Of a DNA stretch of 64,000 nt, positions 43,431 through 53,146 are shown one piece after another. The stretch is taken from positions 394,734 through 458,733 of the forward strand of contig CBDFHJ010000008.1 of assembly GCA_965247635.1 (NCBI GenBank), in the 5' to 3' direction. Position 1 is the stretch's first letter. Each line of letters opens with the position of its first letter. A model generated the notes under the pieces. It did not search any database. It had not been told where the DNA came from and saw nothing but the letters and a program-made list of their open reading frames with translations. Position numbers and translations under genes: made by a program. This DNA is from Dehalococcoidia bacterium (lineage in GTDB: Bacteria > Chloroflexota > Dehalococcoidia > Lucifugimonadales > Australimonadaceae).

Positions 43431-43538
43431 CCGTGCTATACTGGCCCCGATGTTCCCAAGGCCACGCCCGCCTATCTCCCGGACAACGGGCGGGAGTATC
43501 GGTCACGTAGCGCCACCGTAATCATCGCTGGAGCCCCC

Positions 43539-44360
43539 ATGAAGACCGCATTTATCGGCGGCGGCGTCATGGCTGAGGCCATCATCAGCCGCGCCACCAC
43601 CCAAGGAGTCTTGCATGCCGCGGACGTCTGCGTCGCGGAGCCGGTGGCCGAGCGCCGCACGCTCCTGGCAGACCGGTACGGCGTCTCCACGTCCGAGGAC
43701 AACCTGGCGGCTGTGGGTGGCGCCCGCTTGGTCGTACTCGCGGTGAAGCCTCAGCACCTGCCGGAGGTGTTCGACGGCCTGGCGGGCAAGCTGTCGCCGG
43801 AACAGACGGTGCTTTCCATCGTGGCGGGGGCGACGCTGACTGGCCTCACCTCCGGCCTTGGGCACCGGCGGGTGGTCCGGGTCATGCCGAACACCCCCGC
43901 GCGGGTCGGCGAAGGCGTTTCGGTATGGATCGCCACACCCGACGTCGACGCGGAGGCCCGGCAAGCCGCCACCGAACTGCTGGCGGCCATGGGCACCCAG
44001 CTATACGTGGACGACGAGGCGGTCCTGGACATGGCAACCGCCGTCTCCGGAAGCGGGCCGGCGTACGTCTTCGGGTTCATGGAGGCCCTGGCCGACGCCG
44101 CGGTAGACTTGGGCATCCCGCGGGAGATGGCCCAGGCGCTGGTCCTGCAGACGGTGCTGGGGAGCGCCGTTTTGGCCAAGGAGGCGGCGGAGGCTCCCGC
44201 CCTACTCCGGGAGAAGGTCACCTCGCCTGGTGGTACGACGGCCGAAGCGCTCAAGACGTTGGAGCACGCCGGGTTTCGCGACATCATCAGGGACGCGGTG
44301 AAGGCGGCGTACGCCAAGGCTCAGGCCCTGGGCCGCGAGGGAGAGCGAGGCGTTAGGTGA
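43539..44360 (+). CDS. proC: Pyrroline-5-carboxylate reductase
   Basis: 273 aa. FIGGGVMAEAI Rossmann, RVMPNTPA, SPGGTT. Confidence 0.9.
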   Translation: MKTAFIGGGVMAEAIISRATTQGVLHAADVCVAEPVAERRTLLADRYGVSTSEDNLAAVGGARLVVLAVKPQHLPEVFDGLAGKLSPEQTVLSIVAGATLTGLTSGLGHRRVVRVMPNTPARVGEGVSVWIATPDVDAEARQAATELLAAMGTQLYVDDEAVLDMATAVSGSGPAYVFGFMEALADAAVDLGIPREMAQALVLQTVLGSAVLAKEAAEAPALLREKVTSPGGTTAEALKTLEHAGFRDIIRDAVKAAYAKAQALGREGERGVR

Positions 44361-44611
44361 GGGACCTGCTTCTGGCGCTCATCAACGTCCTGTGGTTTGC
44401 CATTTTGGGCCGCGTCATCCTCTCCTGGCTGCTGACGGCGGGGATGCGCAACGACCTCATCTTCCGATTGGACTACGTACTCGGCATACTCACCGAGCCG
44501 CTGATGCGCCCGCTCCGGCGCGTCGTTCCCACGCTAGGAATGATCGATATTACCCCCATCGTGGCTATTATTCTGCTGAGCGTGGTCCGTCAGGCCATCG
44601 TTTCACTGTAG
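44357..44611 (+). CDS. YggT family membrane protein
   Basis: 84 aa, GTG start overlapping the proC stop. Typical YGGT pattern (...ILSW...DITPIVAI...). Confidence 0.8.
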   Translation: MRDLLLALINVLWFAILGRVILSWLLTAGMRNDLIFRLDYVLGILTEPLMRPLRRVVPTLGMIDITPIVAIILLSVVRQAIVSL

Positions 44612-44891
44612 GTCCCGCGCCCCACGAAGCCAGCCGAGCCTCCACCGCGTCGAGGGACAGCGGGACTTCGACCACCTTCCGGCGCGAGCTCCGTCCCATG
44701 ACCAAACGGACGTCCCTGCGCCCGACGTCAAGAGCCCTGGCGAGAAGCTCCACCAGGGCGGCGTTGGCTTTCCCGGATTCAGCGGGCGCGGTCACACGCA
44801 CACGGAGCTCTCCGTCGCCGCGCCACTCCAACGCCTCGTGCCGGGCCCCGGGTTGCACCCGCACCACCAGTCTCGACGTGGGTGCGTCCAT
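44568..44891 (-). CDS. DUF167 (YggU) family protein
   Basis: 107 aa. VRVQPGAR...LRVRVTAPAESGKANAALVELLA...V.LV.G..SR.K. Confidence 0.8.
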   Translation of the reverse strand: MDAPTSRLVVRVQPGARHEALEWRGDGELRVRVTAPAESGKANAALVELLARALDVGRRDVRLVMGRSSRRKVVEVPLSLDAVEARLASWGAGPTVKRWPDGPRSAE

Positions 44892-45065
44892 TTCGGCTCC
44901 TACGTGGTCACGGGCATATCAATCGAAGTTGTGCTTACACAAAAAAGCCCGGGTTCGCACCGGCGTGCGTCCAGCATTTCTTCTGCTCCTTGGCGGGCGT
45001 GAATGACCCAAGCACTAGACCTGCTTGGGCCAAAATTCAGCTTAAGCTAGGAGAGTTGATTTCCT

Positions 45066-45284
45066 CCGTTCGTCCTGAGCTTGTCGAAGGGTTTGGCGCC
45101 AGATTCCTCGTTCCGCCTGCCACGGACTCGGGATGACAAACGAAGCGCTGTCACCCTGAGTCCGCCTGAGGCGGGCGAAGGGTCTCTCGGCAAGGGCTAG
45201 TGAGAGATGCTGAGTCCTTCCCAGGAAGGACTCAGCATGACAGAGGGCACAACGTATCCGTTCGTCCTCAGCTTGTCGAAAGGC
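45066..45284. repeat. Cluster of family 1/1b repeat modules
   Basis: CCGTTCGTCCTGAGCTTGTCGAAGGG (45066) and CCGTTCGTCCTCAGCTTGTCGAAAGG (45258) flank GTCACCCTGAGTCCGCCTGAGGCGGGCGAAGGGTCTCTC and GCTGAGTCCTTCCCAGGAAGGACTCAGCATGACA palindromes. Confidence 0.8.
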
Positions 45285-45460
45285 CCACCGTGAGCAGTCA
45301 TCGTAGCGCTCTGTTACGAAACCAAGCCTAGAAGTATGGAGTCCACGTATGTAAGTTGAAGGATGGAGTCGAGCAACGCGGGCTGGGGACTCCTTGACGC
45401 AGTAAGGTAGCAATCCAATAATACAGTTAGCGTGAGGAGCGGCCCACGACCGGAGGATGC

Positions 45461-45793
45461 GTGATGTACCCCAAAGAGCTTTTGAAGGGCAACACCGAGC
45501 CGCTGTTGCTGGCGCTTTTAGCCACAGAGCCGATGTACGGCTATCAGATCGTCAAGGAGATCCAGCACCGGAGCGGTGGCTATTTCCAGTTTAAAGAGGG
45601 CACCCTGTACCCCGCGCTTCATCGCCTGGAGCGCGCGGGGCTTATCAAGGGCGCCTGGCAGGCCTCACGCGCTGGCCAGCAGCGGCGGTACTACGCTGTT
45701 ACCGAAAAGGGACACCACGAGCTTCAGCGCAAGACCGCTGAGTGGCGTCACTTCTCCAAAGCGGTGGACCAGGTGATACTACCCGCGCCCTAG
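45461..45793 (+). CDS. PadR family transcriptional regulator
   Basis: 110 aa. MYGYQIVKEI...GTLYPALHRLERAGLI. Confidence 0.9.
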   Translation: MMYPKELLKGNTEPLLLALLATEPMYGYQIVKEIQHRSGGYFQFKEGTLYPALHRLERAGLIKGAWQASRAGQQRRYYAVTEKGHHELQRKTAEWRHFSKAVDQVILPAP

Positions 45794-45803
45794 GCGTACA
45801 CGG

Positions 45804-46856
45804 GTGTTCATGGAGCTACGAGCGTACTTGAGCGAGTTGGACCAGGCCCTGCACCTGGACCCTCGAGAGCGGGCCGAGATCATCGCCGAAATCCACGGCC
45901 ATGTGGACGAGCGTGCCTTGGAGCTTGAGGACCAGGGCCTTGGCCGTGCATCGGCCACCACGCAGGCGCTGTGGGAGCTCGGCGAACCTCACGACTTGGC
46001 CAAGGAGTACTACTCCTCCCACTCCGCCTCGTCGTGGCGGGACATCCTGTTGGCGGCGCTACCGCATCTAGCCCTGGCCGTCATCTTCGCGTTCCACCTG
46101 TGGACGGACCTCTTGTGGGTGGTCGTGGCCCTGAGCGGCGCGGCCATCATAGCCGTGCTGGCTTGGCGCGGGGGGAGGCCCACGTGGACCTACCCGTGGC
46201 TTGGGTACGCCCTCGCGGCTCCCGCGTTAAGCTGGGCGTTGGCCATGGCAGCCGTTGGTTACGGCGCCTGGTCCTTCGCCACCCAGGGAACTCTACCCTT
46301 TGCCCTGCCGCTCTACCTGGGCATCGTCTTGTGGGTCCCCATATCCCTATCCCTCGTTCTCCGAGTGGCCCGTAGGGTGGTCCTTCACGACTGGCTGGTG
46401 GTCTCGCTGGCGGCCCTGCCGATGCCCTTCATCGCGACGTGGTTCTTCCTGCTGCACTGGCACGGCGGCCAGCTTGTTCCGGATAAGATACGGGCCATGG
46501 ACGCCGGCACCGATACCGCCATGGTCTTCGTGGCGTTGGCGCTGACCACGGCCCTCTACATGAAGGTGGGCAAGCGAAGCTTCCGAATCCTTTTGGTGCT
46601 GGTTACAGTGCCGTCCTTGGCGGCGCTGGTCGCCTCCACGTACCTGACCTACCCGGTGTCGTCCCCGCAGCTCCATTTGGAAGGCGCGCTTCGCATGCTC
46701 CACCAAGCACCCCAGGGAGAGGCCGGGAGCGCCTTCATCATCATCACCACTTCGGTCCTGACCATGGTCTTTTTGAGCAGCCCCATCCTGCTCAACCCCA
46801 ACGCCGCGGTGACCCGCTGGCTCCGTCGTTTGGGCCGGCACCACGGCGTCTCCTGA
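45804..46856 (+). CDS. PadR-associated integral membrane protein
   Basis: 350 aa. The N-terminal soluble helix region (YLSELDQAL...ERAEIIAEIHGHVDE) is typical of proteins encoded after padR. It is followed by about 8 hydrophobic segments. Confidence 0.65.
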   Translation: MFMELRAYLSELDQALHLDPRERAEIIAEIHGHVDERALELEDQGLGRASATTQALWELGEPHDLAKEYYSSHSASSWRDILLAALPHLALAVIFAFHLWTDLLWVVVALSGAAIIAVLAWRGGRPTWTYPWLGYALAAPALSWALAMAAVGYGAWSFATQGTLPFALPLYLGIVLWVPISLSLVLRVARRVVLHDWLVVSLAALPMPFIATWFFLLHWHGGQLVPDKIRAMDAGTDTAMVFVALALTTALYMKVGKRSFRILLVLVTVPSLAALVASTYLTYPVSSPQLHLEGALRMLHQAPQGEAGSAFIIITTSVLTMVFLSSPILLNPNAAVTRWLRRLGRHHGVS

Positions 46857-46865
46857 TAGCGCGCT

Positions 46866-47738
46866 GTGTCCAGCCGCCCCCCGGCCGTCGTGGCCGACAG
46901 CACAATCTCCCTCCCTCCCAACATGGTCCACGGGCTGCCGCTGTTTGTCGTCCCCTTCGAGGTGCACCACGACGGTCAGGTATACGCCGATGGCGAAGGG
47001 CTATCGCGCGACGAGTTCTACCGGCTGATGCGCACTTCCTCCTCTTTGCCCACGACGTCGGCCCCGACTCCAGCGGCGTTCCTGAAGGCCTTCCAAGCGG
47101 CCGCCCAGCACAGCGACGAGATCATCTGTCTGACCCTCTCCAGCGACTTGAGTGCCGCCTTCCGCGCCGCGCTGCTCGCCAAGGAGGAGGCCAGCCAAGC
47201 CCTCCCCGGGGTAACTATCCAGCTGGTGGACACGCGAACGGCAGGCCCGGCTGAAGGGCTGGTGGCGTTGGAGGCAGCGCGACGTGCGGCGGGAGGCGCT
47301 TCGACCGCGGAGGTCCTGGCCACGGTGGATGGTCTGCTGAAAGGCGTCTACCTCATGGCGTACATGGACACCCTCTACTACGTGTGGCGGAGCGGCCGGG
47401 TGCCTCGGGTGGCCATGTGGCTGGGCCGGTTGTTGAACGTGAAGCCGGTCCTAGAGCTTACGGGCGGACGCATCAGCATGCTGGAGCGCCCCAGGACGCG
47501 GTCCCGGGCCATGGACCGTATCGTGGCGCTGGTCCGGCAGCGCGTTCGAGGCCAGCCCTGCCGTGTAGCGGTCATGCACGCCGACGCGCCTGCGGAGGCC
47601 GCCGATTTGGCGGACAGAGTCCGCCGGGAGGTCGCGCCCGTGGAGATGTTCACCACCGAGTTCACGCCGGTCATCGGCGCGCACACCGGCCCCGGCCTGG
47701 TGGGTTGCGCCTTCCATACCGTGGAGCCGGACGCGTAA
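46866..47738 (+). CDS. DegV family fatty-acid-binding protein
   Basis: 290 aa. VVADSTISLPP..., LSSDLSAAF, and a C-terminal ...IGAHTGPG motif. Confidence 0.85.
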   Translation: MSSRPPAVVADSTISLPPNMVHGLPLFVVPFEVHHDGQVYADGEGLSRDEFYRLMRTSSSLPTTSAPTPAAFLKAFQAAAQHSDEIICLTLSSDLSAAFRAALLAKEEASQALPGVTIQLVDTRTAGPAEGLVALEAARRAAGGASTAEVLATVDGLLKGVYLMAYMDTLYYVWRSGRVPRVAMWLGRLLNVKPVLELTGGRISMLERPRTRSRAMDRIVALVRQRVRGQPCRVAVMHADAPAEAADLADRVRREVAPVEMFTTEFTPVIGAHTGPGLVGCAFHTVEPDA

Positions 47739-47824
47739 CGCGGCGATTGGACGCTAAAAAGGGCGTGCACGGTTGCGCCGTGCCATGCTAGCATGAAGCC
47801 AAGACTCCTCCGCCTGAGCACGGT

Positions 47825-49504
47825 ATGCGAGAGACTCACACCGCGTCACAAACCCCGGCGTCACATAGGGTCGCTACCAGCGGCGACGTTGAGGTCTCCA
47901 CGTACCTGGAGATAGCCCGCGAGAAGGAGGGCCAACGCCCTACCCCCGAGCCCGCCGGACGCGCCACTGCCGAGGCCATTGCCATTGTGGACTTCGGCTC
48001 GCAGTACAGCCAGCTCATCGCCCGCCGTATCCGGGAGCTGAACGTCTACTGCGAGCTGCTACCCCACGATGCTCCTCGTGAGGCGGTGGCGGCGCTGGAC
48101 CTGCGGGGCATCATTCTCTCCGGTGGCCCGAGCAGCGTGTACGAGCCGAATGCGCCGTTGGCCCCAGCGTGGGTCTTCGACGCGGGGGTGCCTGTGCTGG
48201 GCATCTGCTATGGGATGCAGCTCATCGCCCACCAGCTCGGCGGGACCGTCGGGCCAGCCCGGGAGCGCGAGTACGGGTCCGCGGTCATCCACCGAGACGG
48301 CGACCGGTCCCTCCTTTTCGATGGCCTGGAGGACGACCTGCCGGTCTGGATGAGCCACGGCGACCGGATCGACGTGCTGCCGCCTGGCTTCCGCTCCCTG
48401 GCGTACAGCGACAACTCGCCGATCTCCGCGCTGGCGAACGACGCCGACGTCCTCGGCATCCAGTTCCATCCTGAGGTGGCCCACACGCCCCAGGGGAAGG
48501 AAATCCTCCGAAACTTCGCCATGCGGGTGTGCGGGTGCACCGGCAGCTGGACCCCCAGCCACTTCGTTACGGACACCATAGAGCACATCCGAGGTCAGGT
48601 AGGCGACGGCAAGGTGATCTGCGCGCTCTCGGGAGGCGTGGACTCTTCCGTGACGGCGCTCCTCATTCACCAGGCCATCGGCGACCAGCTAACGTGCATC
48701 TTCGTGAACAACGGCCTGCTGCGCCGCGAGGAGCCCGAGCGCGTCCGCGCGGTCTTTCAGGAGCACCTGGGGCTCAAGCTGGTGTACGTGGAAGGCACCG
48801 AGCGGTTCCTGACGGCCCTCAAGGGCGTGACGGACCCGGAGGAGAAGCGGAAGCGTATCGGTGAAGAGTTTATCCACGTCTTCGAGGAGCAGGCTGGTGA
48901 GCTTGGCGAGGTGGACTTCTTAGCCCAGGGAACCCTCTATCCAGACGTTATCGAGAGCGCGACCCCGGAGAATAGGGCGTCGGCCAAGATAAAGACCCAC
49001 CACAACGTGGGAGGGCTGCCGGAGCGGATGAAGCTGAAGCTGGTGGAGCCGTTGCGCTACCTGTTCAAGGACGAGGTCCGCCAGGTAGGTCAGGAGCTGG
49101 GGCTGCCTCCCGAGGTCCTGAACCGGCAGCCGTTTCCTGGCCCTGGCCTGGCCATTCGGATCGTGGGAGAGGTGACCTTCGAGAAGTTGGAGGTCCTGCG
49201 CGCCGCCGACTGGGTGGTCATGGACGAGATCAAGCGCGACGACCTGTACGATAAGCTGTGGCAGAGCTTCGCGGTACTCACCGACACGCGCACCGTCGGT
49301 GTCATGGGCGACCTGCGGACGTACGAGTACGTGGTGGCGGTCCGCGCGGTGTCCAGCGAGGACGCCATGACCGCCGACTGGGCCCGCCTCCCCTACGAGA
49401 CGCTTGGCCGTATCTCCAGCCGCATCGTCAACGAGGTGCCCGAAGTGAACCGGGTGGTGTACGATATAACCAGCAAGCCGCCCGGCACCATAGAGTGGGA
49501 ATAA
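47825..49504 (+). CDS. guaA: GMP synthase (glutamine-hydrolysing)
   Basis: [34 protein letters not shown]-terminal ...KPPGTIEWE. The ~45-aa N-terminal extension suggests the true start may lie downstream at a non-ATG codon. Confidence 0.9.
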   Translation: MRETHTASQTPASHRVATSGDVEVSTYLEIAREKEGQRPTPEPAGRATAEAIAIVDFGSQYSQLIARRIRELNVYCELLPHDAPREAVAALDLRGIILSGGPSSVYEPNAPLAPAWVFDAGVPVLGICYGMQLIAHQLGGTVGPAREREYGSAVIHRDGDRSLLFDGLEDDLPVWMSHGDRIDVLPPGFRSLAYSDNSPISALANDADVLGIQFHPEVAHTPQGKEILRNFAMRVCGCTGSWTPSHFVTDTIEHIRGQVGDGKVICALSGGVDSSVTALLIHQAIGDQLTCIFVNNGLLRREEPERVRAVFQEHLGLKLVYVEGTERFLTALKGVTDPEEKRKRIGEEFIHVFEEQAGELGEVDFLAQGTLYPDVIESATPENRASAKIKTHHNVGGLPERMKLKLVEPLRYLFKDEVRQVGQELGLPPEVLNRQPFPGPGLAIRIVGEVTFEKLEVLRAADWVVMDEIKRDDLYDKLWQSFAVLTDTRTVGVMGDLRTYEYVVAVRAVSSEDAMTADWARLPYETLGRISSRIVNEVPEVNRVVYDITSKPPGTIEWE

Positions 49505-49576
49505 GGACTTGCCCGTGACCGGCCTCCCCTCCCCCACTCGACGGAGGCGTACCATGCCAAGCGAGAGGCTCCAACC

Positions 49577-49786
49577 ATGCTGATATGGGCCCAACGCACC
49601 ACCGTAACCTTCCTCATTGCCTCGGGTATCCTCTCGGCCCTCGTCGCCTTCTTTGGCGGCCTCCTCCCGGCCGAGTGGCCGAGGATGGGTGTCTTTGCCT
49701 TCGCGTCGGTCGGGTTCTTCGCCGGCGCACAGGAGCTACGGCCACGGCGGCGTACGCGCCCCCCTAACTTCGACCTTGGCACCTAA
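49577..49786 (+). CDS. Possible small membrane protein
   Basis: 69-aa ORF with two hydrophobic segments. No other support. Confidence 0.3.
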   Translation: MLIWAQRTTVTFLIASGILSALVAFFGGLLPAEWPRMGVFAFASVGFFAGAQELRPRRRTRPPNFDLGT

Positions 49787-49807
49787 TGCTCAGTGTATAA
49801 AGTTCCT

Positions 49808-49880
49808 GTCATTCTGAGACCGCCGCAGGCGGACGAAGAATCTCTCACCCGAGAGACCCTTCGCTGCGCTCAGGGTGACA
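49808..49880. repeat. Family 1 palindromic repeat
   Basis: GTCATTCTGAGACCGCCGCAGGCGGACGAAGAATCTCTC...CCTTCGCTGCGCTCAGGGTGACA. Confidence 0.8.
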
Positions 49881-49927
49881 AAGCGATGAAACGTATTTTC
49901 CGGACTGACACCTAAGGACAAGTAAAG

Positions 49928-50620
49928 GTGTGGCCCATGGACGGGACGTTGGTGGACCTGACCTTGATGCTGGGCGGGGAGCGGCTGACTCCCGTACCGG
50001 GTAATCCCGGGGTGACGTTGGAGCCTGTCCGGACCCACGCTAAGGACAATCGCTCCAGCCAGAAGATGATGCTGGGGGTGCACCTGGCCACCCACGTGGA
50101 TGCCCCATACCACTTCGACCCCGCTGGCGTGACGGTGGAGCGGATGCCGCTGGAGCGGTACGCCGGCGAAGGCGTGTGCCTGGACCTCCGTGCCGTGGCG
50201 AAGGAGCGCACGCCCATGCACGTGGCCGACCTTGAGGCGGCAGGCCTGGCCGGGATGGATGTGCGTGGCAAGATCGTGGTGCTCTACACCGGGTGGGCTG
50301 AGCGCATCTTCGGCGAGCCCCGCTTCTACTCGGACGGCCCTTACCTGGGCTTGGACGGCGCGGAGCACCTGGTCGCCCTGGGCGTAAACGCCATCGCCGT
50401 GGATTTCCCCATCGACCACCATCAGGATGTCCCTGACATCCACGCCGACGACTTCTTTCCGGTCCACCGCTTCGTGCTCACGCGCGGCGTCCCGCTTATC
50501 GAAAACCTCGTCAACCTGGACCGGCTGGTGGGCAGGCGGTTTGAGCTATGGGCGCTGCCGCTGAAGATCCTAGGCGCGGATGGCAGCGCCACCAGGGCCG
50601 TCGCCAGGGTGTACGAGTAG
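49928..50620 (+). CDS. Cyclase family protein (kynurenine formamidase-like)
   Basis: 230 aa. LATHVDAPYHF motif. Confidence 0.8.
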   Translation: MWPMDGTLVDLTLMLGGERLTPVPGNPGVTLEPVRTHAKDNRSSQKMMLGVHLATHVDAPYHFDPAGVTVERMPLERYAGEGVCLDLRAVAKERTPMHVADLEAAGLAGMDVRGKIVVLYTGWAERIFGEPRFYSDGPYLGLDGAEHLVALGVNAIAVDFPIDHHQDVPDIHADDFFPVHRFVLTRGVPLIENLVNLDRLVGRRFELWALPLKILGADGSATRAVARVYE

Positions 50621-50713
50621 CGGGGACATGTGCGCTCCCAGGGTGGCGCTCCTGCCTGGTGAACGTGGAGGTCCCTTGAGAGAACAATCCGTACGTTCGC
50701 GGAAACCCCACTC

Positions 50714-51973
50714 ATGAAAGTCCTCGTCATCGGCAATGGAGCGCGGGAACACGCTCTCCTCTGGAAGCTGGCCCAAAGCCCACAGCATCCGGAGCTGCTG
50801 GCTGCGCCCGGAAACGCGGGCACGGCGTCCCTCGCGGCCAACCTGCCCATCGACGCCACCGACGTGGACGGCCTGCTACGGGCCGTCCGTGAGCAGCGGG
50901 TGGACCTGACCATCGTGGGGCCGGAGGCGCCGCTGGCAGCCGGCGTGGTCGACCGGTTCCAGGCAGAAGGGTTGGGCATTTTCGGCGCAACCCAGGCGGC
51001 GGCGCGTATCGAAACGAGCAAGGCCTTCGCCAAGCAGCTTATGGCCGCGGCGGGGGTGCCCACGGCGCCCTTCCGCGTCTTCGACGATCACGCCGAGGCG
51101 GCACGCTACATCCGGTCCCACGGCGCGCCCATCGTGGTCAAGGCCGACGGCCTGGCCGCCGGCAAGGGTGCGGTGGTGGCGGAGACGACCGAGGAAGCCC
51201 TGGAAGCGCTTGATGCCATGATGGTCCGTGGTGTCTTCGGTGAAGCGGGGGCACGAGTGGTGGTGGAGGAGTGTCTGCGGGGCCAGGAGGTGAGCGTCTT
51301 TGGCTTCACCGATGGCCATTACGTCACACCGCTGGTAGCCGCCTACGACTATAAGCGCGTGGGCGACGGCGATACGGGGCCAAACACGGGGGGTATCGGC
51401 GGCTACAGCCCTCCGCCCTTCTGGACGCCTGAGCTGGAGCGGCGGGTCCGCGAAGAGGTGGTGATGCCCATGGTCAGGGCCCTGGCGGAGCGCGGGACCC
51501 CGTACATAGGCGTGCTCTACGGGGGGCTGATGCTCACGGAAGCGGGCGTCATGGTTATAGAGTTCAACGCCCGTCTTGGCGACCCGGAGGCCCAGCTGGT
51601 GCTGCCCCGGCTGGAGACCGACCTGCTGGACGTGGTACACGCGGTGCTGAACGGTGGGCTTGAGCAGCTGGACCTTCGTTGGAGCAGCGATGCGACGGTC
51701 GGCGTGGTGGTGGCATCGGCGGGCTATCCCGGCCCCTACGAAACGGGGAGGGCAATCAGCGGGCTTGACGCGCTGCCCGACGGCGTTCTGGCCTTCCAGG
51801 CGGGCACGTCTACCAAGGACGGCGCCCTGGTAACCAGCGGTGGCCGCGTGGTCACGTTGGTTGGCCGCGCACCGGACATGGCCACGGCGCGGGCCCGTGC
51901 GTACGCGGGGGCGGAGGCGGTGAGTTTCGACGGCGCGTTTCACCGCAGCGACATCGCCGCCTTCGCACGGTAG
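50714..51973 (+). CDS. purD: Phosphoribosylamine-glycine ligase
   Basis: 419 aa. MKVLVIGNGAREHAL, ATP-grasp core. Confidence 0.9.
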   Translation: MKVLVIGNGAREHALLWKLAQSPQHPELLAAPGNAGTASLAANLPIDATDVDGLLRAVREQRVDLTIVGPEAPLAAGVVDRFQAEGLGIFGATQAAARIETSKAFAKQLMAAAGVPTAPFRVFDDHAEAARYIRSHGAPIVVKADGLAAGKGAVVAETTEEALEALDAMMVRGVFGEAGARVVVEECLRGQEVSVFGFTDGHYVTPLVAAYDYKRVGDGDTGPNTGGIGGYSPPPFWTPELERRVREEVVMPMVRALAERGTPYIGVLYGGLMLTEAGVMVIEFNARLGDPEAQLVLPRLETDLLDVVHAVLNGGLEQLDLRWSSDATVGVVVASAGYPGPYETGRAISGLDALPDGVLAFQAGTSTKDGALVTSGGRVVTLVGRAPDMATARARAYAGAEAVSFDGAFHRSDIAAFAR

Positions 51974-52085
51974 GCCAAGCTGCGGGAGGCGCTACTGGCC
52001 TGACTCCCCTTGCGCCCGTCGTTGCCCAGGATGAACCCAACGTGTAATAATCGCTACAGCCGTAGCGGAAGCCAACGGAGGGACC

Positions 52086-52909
52086 ATGGCACAGAGCACG
52101 GAGCCCCAGCTCTTGACACACTTCGAAAACGAGGTCATCCATATCGAGCAGAGCCCCAAGTGGGTGCGCGTCGTCTTCGGCGGGCAGACCATCGCCGCGA
52201 TAGCAAGCGTGTGCTCACGCTCCGCGAGAAGGGGCACACCCCCGTGTACTACTTCCCCAAAGAAGACGTCCGGATGGAGTTCACGGCGCCGACCGACTAC
52301 ACCACCCACTGCCCTCGTAAGGGCGATGCCATCTACTGGAGCCTGACGGTGGGAGGCCGGACGGAGGAGAACGCCCTGTGGAGCTACCCTGAGCCGTACG
52401 CCAGCGACCCGGACCTCACCGATTCGCCCGACATGCGGGCCTACGTGGCGTTCTACTGGCACAAGATGGACGCGTGGTTCGAGGAGGACGCGGAGGTGTT
52501 CGTCCACGCCAGGGACCCCTACAAGCGGATCGACGTCATCCCCAGCTCTCGGCACGTGCGCGTTGTGATCTGCGGGGAAACGGTGGCGGAGACACGCCGT
52601 CCCGTGCTGCTGTTTGAGACGGGCATGCCCACCCGGTACTACATTCCCAAGGCGGACGTCCGCATAGACCTGCTGGTGCCCAGCGACAGGGTAACCCGGT
52701 GCCCCTACAAGGGGGAGGCCCGCTACTACAGCGTGGCTGCCGGCGATACCGAGGCCACGGACATCGTTTGGTACTACCGTTACCCCACCGCGGAGGCGAC
52801 CGGGATGGCCAATCACCTGGCCTTCTTCAACGAGCGGGTGGATGCCCTCATAGTGGACGGCGAGGAGCAGCCCAAGCCCAAATCGCGTTGGTCGGTTGGC
52901 GGGCGCTAA
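52086..52909 (+). pseudogene. Tandem-DUF427 protein gene with a frameshift near 52196..52200
   Basis: Frame A from 52086 gives MAQSTEPQLLTHFENEVIHIEQSPKWVRVVFGGQTIAA. The expected continuation DSKRVLTLREKGHTPVYYFPKEDV... is in the frame of ORF 52010..52909. A second DUF427 unit (RHVRVVICGETVAETRRPVLLFETGMPTRYYIP) follows. Confidence 0.65.
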
Positions 52910-52924
52910 GCGCGCTAGCCAATG

Positions 52925-53130
52925 CCGTTCGTGCTTCGACAAGCTCGGCACGAGCTCCCTTCTGTCACCCTGAACGAAGTGAAGGGTCTGGTACCAGATT
53001 CCTTGTCCTTCCCCGGAAGGACTCGGAATGACAGGCGCTACGGGTATTGCCGCGCTTGTCCTTCGACAGGCGCTACGGCCCTGTCGAGAGTCTCGATGAG
53101 CAAAGCATCATCGGACAGGACGAACTGTTA
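52925..53130. repeat. Cluster of family 1/1b/2 repeat modules
   Basis: CCGTTCGTGCTTCGACAAGCTCGGCACGAGC, GTCACCCTGAACGAAGTGAAGGGTCTG, CCTTCCCCGGAAGGACTCGGAATGACA, and CTGTCGAGAGTCTCGATGAGC...CATCGGACAGGACGA. Confidence 0.75.
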
Positions 53131-53146
53131 CTAGTTTTTGTGCCTT

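Noticed and set aside
45042-45413. 123-aa ORF, and the 116-aa ORF at 54169..54519
   Set aside because: Both are translations of clustered family 1 repeat elements (peptide strings such as LSEAKHLS and RLRRTQGDS recur wherever the repeat occurs). They are not genes.
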